In this document: one piece after another, positions 11,466 to 20,000 of the stretch
Layout: each line of letters opens with the position of its first letter
Position numbering within the stretch: position 1 is the stretch's first letter
NCBI GenBank assembly: GCA_002245135.1
Contig: NGBS01000294.1
Span: forward strand, 169,244-189,243
Length of the DNA stretch: 20,000 nt
Reading direction: 5' to 3'
Source: Proteromonas lacertae
Lineage: Eukaryota
The notes under the pieces: model-generated
Databases searched by the model: none
Told to the model about the DNA's origin: nothing
The model's input: the letters and a program-made list of their open reading frames with translations, nothing else
Made by a program: the position numbers and the translations under genes

Positions 11466-11752
11466 TCTTAAGAAATGGGTTTGTCAAGCCAGAATAAAAT
11501 GATAAAGCGAATTTAGTTGATAATAAACTCATTAATGGTATAAATTATTTTAAGGAAACATGTATAAGAGTATTTGACATTATATAATAAACATTTAGAC
11601 CAAATAGAGAATTGTGTTTTTGCTAGGAACATTTAGGTTATATAACAGTAAAGTAATTCATACATTGTAATTTTTAATGAATATGAGAGAATCAGTTCTT
11701 TTTTCGAAAATTTTTGTTTCTAAAATACTATTCGTTTCATAAAATATCTTTA

Positions 11753-13445
11753 ATGTTAGACGTTATTAAGGCACAAGAATTTCTTGAATCTGCTTCACAG
11801 GCTTTATCTTTAGCTTTCAAACAACAAGCCCCAAATTATTTAGTAAAGGACATGAATCAGTATTTTTGTTTTTCTTATTTTGTGTAGAATTGTTTTATCT
11901 CTTGCTATAAATGATCAAGGTGGATTACTTTACAGTGAATTCTTAGAATATTTGCACGATTACATTCAAACTATTCTTGACCAGTTGAAAGATGTGAAGT
12001 TAGAGGATTATCCTAAAGAATTTGCAAAAATCTGGCTTAATTTTGAAGAGATTGAGAAGAAAGTAAACATCATTATGAAATATGTTGTATATATATATAT
12101 ATATATATATTTATAATGTTGATATACATGTATAGAACATATATTACTGTAGTCGTTTCCCAGAGATTGTAGACACAAATACTGTAATGAAAACAACATT
12201 TTTGAATTATGTTTTATATACAGAGAATAGAAAAGATGTACTTGTAAATGACATGTTTATTTACATTGATAACAATCGTCATGGATTAGTAGTAGATGAA
12301 AGAAACTTCCACATTATCGGTAGAATGATTATGCAATTATTTGGAAGTGAAAATGAGAGTATTTATAAACAAGATTTTGAAACAAGATTCTTACAGACTA
12401 GTTATACATTCTATTACGATCAAAGTGTAATGCTTGAAAAATACACTTTGCAACAATATTTAGAAGGTGTTGAATTAATGTTTAACTTAGAAGAAGCTGA
12501 ATTTGATTATTTATTACCAGAAACAAGAGACGAATTGAAGAAAATATTGATTTCTGTGTTAATAATGAAACCATGTGATCATGTATTTGAAAAGTCAAAT
12601 ATTGAAGATGTACACTCCAATTATTAATGAGAATAATACTTATTATTTGAGATTAATGTATAATCTCTTCTCCAGAAGTGATGAAAGTCGTGATAAGTTA
12701 GCTAAATTATTCTGTAATCATGTAAAAGATGAATTAACACGTTTATTAGTCTTGATTAATTCAGAAAATGCTCAAAAGCCAGAATATCTTAAAGATAACA
12801 TCAAGAATATGATTCAATACATAAAATATATTGATTCATTTGTTGTTGATGAGTTTCAAAACGATCATGTCTTTCAAGATGAAAAAGAAGAAGCTTTTGA
12901 AAAAGCCATTGCTGAATGTACTGTTCCAGCTAAAGGATTGGTATTATATTTAGACGAACTTCTCTCAACAAAAGATATTTATGAAACTATTGAAGAGCCA
13001 AGATTGATTATTAAGACAGTATTTCATTTCTTTAAACTTATTAAAGACAAAGATGAATTTTTGACTGAATATTTGAATTACTTAAAAACAAGAATTAGTG
13101 ATGAAAGATACGTTAATCCAAAATTAGAAGATTATGTCATTTGGTTATTGAAAGATAAAGTTAAGACCAGAGAGTTTAGATCCAATTGAGAAGGAAAGAA
13201 ATGATTATTTGGCAAAAGTACAATCAACAAATAATGAAGCTAATTCAGAAATGGAGATTAGTTTTGATGATGATAATGATTTGTATTATAGACCATTACC
13301 TCCACCACCTGTTCCACCAAAAAGACATCCATTACCACCACCTCCATTACCACCAAAGCCAAAGAAGGAAACTGAAAAAGAAGGTGAAAAAGAAAAGCCA
13401 GAAGAACAACCAAAGAAGGAAGAAAAACCTGCTAAGAAAGAGTAA
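11753..13445 (+). CDS. Divergent, C-terminally truncated cullin-like protein with a proline-rich/charged tail
   Basis: Cullin repeat motifs (IVLSLAINDQGGLLY; IYKQDFETRFLQTSYTFY; YLRLMYNLFSR) and the start of the cullin homology region (LVLYLDELL...FKLIKDKDEFLTEYLNYLKTRI...LEDYVIWLLK), followed by RPLPPPPVPPKR...PPLPPKP. Introns at about 11860-11887 and 12087-12135. +1 indels at about 12618 and 13183. Confidence 0.8.
12088..12110. repeat. (TA)n microsatellite within an intron
   Basis: TA run starting at the GT donor of intron 12087-12135. Confidence 0.9.
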
Positions 13446-13626
13446 ATGGTTGTTGTAGAGATAAATACAAATGTATCTTATAAGCATATATTTTTATACT
13501 GTGATTAATTTCATTTTTTTTTACTCATTATTTATAATCAATAACATAAACACATAAGTTGTAAAAAATAGTATATAAACATCATCAAATCCTAATATTT
13601 GAAATCTAACTAGATAAAAGAATATT

Positions 13627-14949
13627 TTATAGGGTTTGGAGATAATTATTAAACAGTTCTTCAAAATATTCCATTGATATATCAATATTTTCATATAAAT
13701 CACCACATTCTTTCTTTACTTCATTTACCATTTCATTAAATACTGTTGTTTTTCTTCCACCATTTATCTGATACATATTTGCCAATTGATACAAATTTAA
13801 ACCGTAATTAACTCCCATTTTTATCCACAAAGTTGTTACTTTCAATGTTAATATAATTTCAGGAGTTAATAAATCACCTAAATCCTTTTTTAAATTCTTA
13901 ATATCTTCATCCACATTAATATTCATAACCTCAGATATTGTTTGTTGAGAAAATGGTAATTTTGACTGAGGCCATTTATACCAACACCATGATGGTTCAG
14001 ATGTAATATACTCAATATTTGGGATTGAATATCCATGATCAATTGGAATCTATTGATTATAAATAATGATAATGATAATATAAGATATATACTAAATGAT
14101 TACATATTTCTTCTATATGAGAGAATGAACGAGATCTTGAACCTAAACTAAAATGACTTTGTTGTTGTTGATATTTTACTAATTTAGACAGATTAGGAAA
14201 ACTAACTGATCTTAAACTATTAGATGATGATGAATCATCCACTTGACATAACAAATTATTCTCATGTCTATCCATATTCAATATATGCAAATCTAATATA
14301 CCGATACTATGTATATCCTAATCATATATATAAGAAATGAACATATACTGAAGTAGAAAAATGAACTGGACCAAAATCTCCAGCAGTATCTTTAAAGTTT
14401 ACATATTGTTGAAAAGAACCATATTTGTTTTTAAAATATCCATTATTAATATTAATAATTATAGTTGTAGGAATAATGGAATATAAATAAGAGGCTATAT
14501 ATTCTCTAACATAAGCTTCACCTGATGGTATTCCATCAATTAAACCCCATTTTGACACTTTGTTATAACCTTTTGGATTATTAACAGTACATGGTTCTTC
14601 ATCAGACGGTTTAAATATTCCAATTGGATGATAATCATCATCAATGCATTTATAAGTTCCACCAGTGCAATCATGAATTAACTGAAGTGATTTTGAATTT
14701 TCAAGCTGAATATCTATTTCTTCTAGAAAAGAGTGTCAATAAATCAGAATAATTATAGGATTTTGGGTGACTATTTACATAAATAATTATTAAAAAATGA
14801 AGTATTATACCAAATGTCGAAATTAGAAAATTCAGGTTCTTCTTCACCGTTAGAAACAATGTCCAAACCATATTCATCACATGTCATCAATATTAACTTT
14901 CTTTGGAAATACTACTGATACTGACAATCTTTTGCAATTTTGAAGTCAT
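13627..14949 (-). CDS. Type II phosphatidylinositol 4-kinase (PI4KII-gamma/Lsb6-like)
   Basis: CTGGTYK...IGIFKPSDEEPCTVNNPKG; GEAYVREYIASYL; GSFQQYV; GILDLHILNMDRHENNLL; IPIDHGYSIP; WCWYKWPQSKLPFS. Short introns at about 14771-14810, 14318-14348 and 14050-14092. Indels near 14728 and 14900, so the exact N-terminus is uncertain. Confidence 0.9.
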
Positions 14950-15151
14950 TGTTTATATTTTCTATGAAATAACAAAATAAATTATACTAGTGTGTTTAAC
15001 CCTCCAAAAGAGATTAAGTAAACTAGAAATTATTTAAATGAGCAGTATTGATTAAAGAGTAGTTTTTAAAAAACGGATTTTTTCAAAAACTTGGTTTGAA
15101 CAAAGCTTGACTTATAAAATTTTAATATCTTTCTCTATTTAATTATCCTGT

Positions 15152-17936
15152 ATGTCTGCACCTCCCAAATGTATTTTTTGCTTACTCTCATATATCATAG
15201 CAAAAGCTAAAGAACCAACAAAGTGGTCAGAAGTAGTAATTGAAGATGATGAGGATGATGAAGACCCATTATCTGTATAAATATGAAATTTATATCTAGA
15301 CTGTTCTACAAACTGCAGCAGCAAATGCATCACAAGCATCTGCTAAAGATCCCTTATTAGTACTTCCAAAGTATTTTATAGAATTATAATATTATTTATA
15401 GAGAAGTGTATACTTCTAAAGTCCAACAAGGTAATCAAAAACTGAGAAGAACAGCTGCCAATGATCCAGATCAAGATTTATCAGACTATAGTTTGTCTTT
15501 ACAACAAGATAATTTCTATGCTCCACTATTTTTAGCATATGTTCATGATGACACTTCCTTATTTGATTTAAAGCGTGGTATTGAGTATTTTTTTAATAAT
15601 CATATTTATTTTAACATCTATTATCAAATAGAAATTTAAAACAAGATTCTTACGATCAAGCTGCACAAATGAAGAAATTAGTGAAGGAACATTTCGAACA
15701 ATTTGTTCAATGTCGAGATTCAGTTGAATCTGTAGGAACATTAACTACCGAAACATCCATATGGCCAGTACCACCCAATGACAATTACAAAGGTGGAAAA
15801 ATCAAAGCAGAGAAATATTTGGATGCAGCAAAAGAAGAAAGTGAAGCATTATTCACTCCAGTGTTAAAACAAAATCAAGAAGTAAAATCCTTAAAATTCG
15901 CTCAACATATATTAGACAGATACAATTATGTATTTAACCTACCAGATCAATTAAAACAATATTTAAGACAGAAAGAATATGAAGCAATAGTGAGAGAGTA
16001 TTTGAGAGTAAAATCAACAATTAAAGATAATGAATTATCAGTGGTAGTGAAAGGAATGGAAGAAGTAGAAATCATAATACAACAATTACGTGAAGTATTA
16101 TTAAAGCAATTAGAAAGAATTGATAGACCAGTAGGAGAAATGCAAAGAGCAGTTGAATTATTACAGGAAATAGGATGTGAAGAAGATCCATTAAATTATT
16201 TGTTGAATGTTAGAAAACAATATGTTATAACGCAGTTAGAGAATTGTTCAATTCAATATGCATCATTAAGTGGAAGTGGTACTATCAATGTAGGAGGAGA
16301 TAGTAAAAGTAAAGTAAAGATAAGTCGTGTTTATATGGATAAAGGAAGTGAAATATTGTTAAAACATTTGTTTGATTTGTGGGAATTGTCAGTTAGATGT
16401 ATTGATGAAGAAAATTTAAGTAAATTTACAGTAAAAGATGGTGATAAATGTATAGGAGAAGTGATCTATGAATATTTAAAGTTGATTAAATATTTATTAG
16501 TTGGAGACAATAGTGATGATGCATTTAATGAAGGTAATGGTGGTGATGATGATGATGAAGAAGAGTTAGAATTTGAAGTTGAATCATCTGAGAATATGTC
16601 ATTGAAAGATATAAGATATGCATTAACTACAATGGGAAAATTGATTGATAGTATTATTTCTACATCAGAAGTATATATATATATATAATATCAATAATTA
16701 ATATTATATTTTTGTATAGAAACATTTTCAAAGAGATGAAAAGAAACATAAAGTTGATCCATTTGATATAATTGTATAATATAATATATATATATATATA
16801 TATATAGAAATATGGTATTGAAAAAGTAAATTCATTTTATCAAAAAGTCTATTCATCTTATTCATATTTATTATTCCAGGATACTGAAAACTGTATAATA
16901 ATATATAATATATAATATATAGTTACGAGTGATTTATTAATGTCTGAAAAATGGGAAGTAGTAAGTCCAGATAATGTAATTGATATATACAATATAACTA
17001 TATTACCACAACAATTCGAAATACAAATCAATAAAGCACTAAAACAAATAGATTCTGTATGTAGAGATGAACATCATAATCATACTAAAGGATTTGTTAG
17101 TTGTTTTGAAGTGTTTTGTGATAATATTGATATATTAACACCACAAGAGACTGTTATTGAAGATTTAGATGAATTAGATGGTAATTCGTTACTTGTATAA
17201 ATATTATTTTTATTAATTATATATATTTATATAGTTGAAACGAAATGCAAAGAATGTAACATCTGATTTACGTTTATTATTATTAATTTCTGATATTAAT
17301 TATACAAAAGAACATATCATTCCAACAATAACAATGAATTACGAATTACAAGAAGAAGAAGTGAATAATATATTCAGAAAATTAAATGAATTAATGAAAA
17401 ATCTAATCAATGATTATGTTGATAAAAAGAAACATATTATTGAAGAGTTATTACAGAATTTTAACTCTGATATAACTTGGACAGATGAATCAGATCCAGA
17501 AATGATTAGAGATTATGTGTTAGAGATATTTTTACAAATGATTGTTATTGATAATGAAATAATAGAAACTATAGGTGATTTTGAATCTCAAGATTTTACA
17601 GATGGAATGAAGTTTAGTGATTTTATATTTACAATATTATTGGATTTGTTATTTAACTTTTATAAAGTAGAAATACCCAAAATTAGTACTTTTAGTTCAT
17701 CTACACATGTTGAAGTTGTTTTAGAGTTGAAATTTATGTCTAAAATATATGAAAAATATATGTCACAGAAGTTTAAAGATATTGTTAAAGACTGTATTAG
17801 TCATATTGAGAAACATACTTATCAAGGAAGTAAACCACTAAATACATTACCTGAAAATAGTAAATCATTGTTGGAGGAGTTGTTACAATTCTCTTTAGCA
17901 AGGACTATACTTTATACCACCTGTTTTTCTAGTTGA
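15152..17936 (+). CDS. SEC5: Exocyst complex component 2 (Sec5)
   Basis: NFYAPLFLAYVHDDTSLFDLKRGIE..LK...MKKLVKEHFEQFVQCRD; LDRYNYVFNLPDQLKQYLRQKEYEAIVREYLRVK; IRDYVLEIFLQM. Eight introns (15171-15200, 15275-15299, 15371-15401, about 15585-15631, 16671-16719, 16774-16807, 16893-16922, 17195-17234) splice in frame without indels. Confidence 0.9.
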
Positions 17937-18299
17937 TTAATATATAATATATAATTGTATTGTTTATTTTTTTATACGTTAATGACTAAAGCAAATTAAT
18001 AAAAGAAATACATTTTTAGGTTATAAATAATCGGTTTTCATGTGTTGAAATGATTATTTCAAAAGCAGCTTAATATGCTTTAGCCAAACCGACATGTACC
18101 TGTAATTATTAGCTGACCTTTAGTTATATACATATAAAAGCAAGGTATAGCAAAGCTCATAATATAATTTTCAAGCTTTATATACCATTCTTTAAAAACC
18201 CCATTTGACGTAATGATTTATTCACTTTCTTTATTTTGTAAATCAGATTTTTATGCTCAATGATGATTAATACTATTATAAAATGAGTAGAGCATAATG

Positions 18300-18810
18300 T
18301 ATGCTGAATATAAGAATTGACTTTGAGAAAAAAAGAAGAGTATATCTTGAATTATTTTCCATTTAGCAAATAGAGTGAAATAACATTTACATATATGTCA
18401 TATAAAAATATCGCTATAAAAAAGTAATAAACCTTGCTGCTGGTAAATTAGAGAAATTGGATTTTAAACTTCGATAAGAAGTATTGGAATAATGTTTATA
18501 AAATTAAAGAGTAATTTATGTGTATGATTACTTTAAGGTGATAAATACACCTAAAATAACAAAAATGAAAAAGCGTTATAATTACATAAGAGTCATGAAA
18601 CAGAAAAATTAATATTAGATTTTGGAAACGATATATTATTCAATGCAACATACATTCATCCAATGAATCCTATAGAAAATGTGTTTTCTTTTTGCAGAAA
18701 CAGTACAATATTTGAATTGAGAACAAGTTTTACACAAAATAGCTGAATTAGTCAAAACTATCACTCCTCAAGAGTAGTTCAACATAATTATCATTCTATA
18801 CATTTAGATG
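18300..18810 (+). mobile_element. Decayed IS630/Tc1-mariner (DDE_3-type) transposase relic
   Basis: 18582-18746 translates LHKSHETEKLILDFGNDILFNATYIHPMNPIENVFSFCRN, matching the DNxxxH...G..lLFxxxYSPxxNPIExxf/w motif of IS630/Tc1 transposases. Flanking frames are full of stops and frameshifts. Boundaries are approximate. Confidence 0.7.
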
Positions 18811-19088
18811 TAATTAATAGAAAAGATATATAGAAAACACTTTTATTACAATTTATCAAAATAAAAATAAATTAATTTGTTATTTGTAAGAATTTGTTTT
18901 TTGAAACTTGAAAGCTTGAATATTTTATTGAAAGTATTATGAATTTCTTCTCAACCAAACTGAAAAACACTGCAATAGCCATTAATATTATTAGTGAATT
19001 GTGAAGAATTGAACTACACTTTTAAACGATTGATAATACCAAACACAATTATAAAAAAGTAAAATCATTAAGTAAAAAAAAAAAAACT

Positions 19089-20000
19089 CTACTCTTCTTT
19101 TGGAACATCTAATGTGTTAGCAAAAGAGCCGTGCAATCTCTTTTCTTCTAATTCAGCATTGGTCTTCTTCTCTAATTCACGAACTTCTTCAAAAGTCTTA
19201 TCAATGTAATCATCAGAACAAAGTAATAACACGTCTCATTGTAGATAAGAACAGTGATTTCTGATAATCCAATACCATCTTCTCTGTTTTAGTTTGAATT
19301 CCCCAATATTCAGCTTTAATATCACATAATTTATAACTACACATTGTTGGTCCTTGGAAGTTTTCCAGCCATCTTTAGTGAATGGTCCGTATCCTTCTCT
19401 TGTCTTTGATTGCCATTTTGTTACATCTTCTTCTACTATCTTTTCATTACAGTTTTCAGAGAAATCTAAGAAAATTACTTCTCTTTTTTTTAATCTATCT
19501 GGAGTTAAGTTCAATGCATTCTCTTGCTCGCCTTTATCATCGGCAATCCATGTTTCACATATGATTTTGAATTTGTCGATTGATAAATAACCATTTACTA
19601 ATACAGTGACTGTGTGTGGAGGAGCATGCCATGATTCTTCAATTAAGAATAATGCATCTATTAAAATCGATTAAATATGGTTGTATATACCAGTTGGAAG
19701 GAACATTTTGACAAATCCAGGTACACGAGATGAAAAATGATACCTAAACAATATAAATCGATTATATACTTTTTTAAAGTGTAGAAACCTTTTGTTTTGG
19801 TGGAATAGTTTTAGTAATTTCAGACATTGGTAAATGACCATCTAAATTATCATATCTATTGAAAACAATAACAAAAAATGCATATACTCTTCATTTTTAA
19901 TCCATTCAACACTTCACCTCCTCCAGAGTTTTTTAAACTAAGATCTATAATACTGTATAATTGACCCCTTTTAAATTCCTCACAAGTTGTAGGTAATGGA
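19089..20000 (-). CDS. Phosphatidylinositol transfer protein (PITP, START-like IP_trans family), 5'-partial
   Basis: PLPTTCEEFKRGQLYS; YTLKKYHFSSRVPGFVKMFLP; LIEESWHAPP; ENALNL..LKKREVIFLD; MCSYKLCDIKAEYWGIQTKTE; KTFEEVRELEKKTNAEL. Three short introns at about 19856-19887, 19744-19769 and 19658-19690. Several indels. Stop TAG at 19089-19091. Confidence 0.92.

Noticed and set aside
1195..13190. Euplotes-like programmed +1 frameshifting at stop codons (GAG-TAA 1201, AAA-TGA about 5855, CAA-TGA about 6465, AAT-TGA 13184)
   Set aside because: At other sites the shift must occur well before the stop: the CH motif HLQTWLDS lies in the new frame upstream of the stop at 8320, and EIPGSLFVEN at 6922 reads better with an earlier shift. 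There is no shared slippery motif and -1 events also occur. Homopolymer errors explain the sites more simply.
18157..18972. Possible terminal inverted repeat remnants of the transposon (TCATAATA..TTCAAGCTTT at 18157-18179 versus 18911-18942; CACTG at 18968-18972)
   Set aside because: The matches are short, gapped and AT-rich, with no paired TA-CAGTG left end. They cannot be distinguished from chance without other copies.
226..19590. Short antisense or overlapping ORFs in the track (e.g. 226-513, 781-1011, 1529-1852, 5566-5781, 6262-6450, 7151-7372, 7879-8073, 9188-9370, 9462-9653, 9820-10080, 9957-10187, 12008-12199, 13186-13458, 13521-13706, 15139-15339, 19354-19590, 19382-19564)
   Set aside because: They are shadows of real genes on the other strand or frame, with no recognisable motifs.
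1..20000. Alternative genetic code (stop codon reassignment)
   Set aside because: In-frame stops are resolved by introns or frame changes, not readthrough. TAA, TAG and TGA all serve as genuine terminators here.
9297..20000. Functional cluster of phosphoinositide and trafficking genes (Tubby, PI4KII, SEC5, PITP)
   Set aside because: Orientations are mixed, unrelated genes are interspersed, and these categories are common. There is no evidence of co-regulation without synteny or expression data.
1..20000. CRISPR arrays, tRNA/rRNA genes or prokaryotic systems
   Set aside because: No regularly spaced direct repeats or GC-rich structured RNA-like segments were seen. The window is intron-containing eukaryotic DNA.

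Overview
Very AT-rich, gene-dense eukaryotic (protist-like) genomic DNA. It carries 11 protein-coding genes interrupted by short GT(A)...TAG spliceosomal introns of about 25-49 nt, separated by very short intergenic gaps. In order: RNI-like LRR protein (5'-partial), TMEM181/Wntless-like membrane protein, coiled-coil protein, Makorin RING E3 with a PAM2 motif, a four-CH-domain protein, a Tubby-domain protein, an LYR-motif/DUF179-like protein, a C-terminally truncated cullin with a polyproline tail, a type II PI4-kinase, exocyst Sec5, and a PITP (5'-partial). The one large gap (17.9-19.1 kb) holds a decayed IS630/Tc1-type transposase relic. The intron size and the TGTTTGTT motifs after stop codons suggest a Blastocystis-like stramenopile; this is an inference. 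About 20 single-base indels, mostly at homopolymers, break the reading frames and are most likely assembly errors, so the ORF track fragments the real genes. The most interesting items are the cullin lacking RBX1/NEDD8 modules, the LYR-DUF179 fusion, the position-locked introns of the LRR gene, and a poly(A) motif placed at a stop codon.
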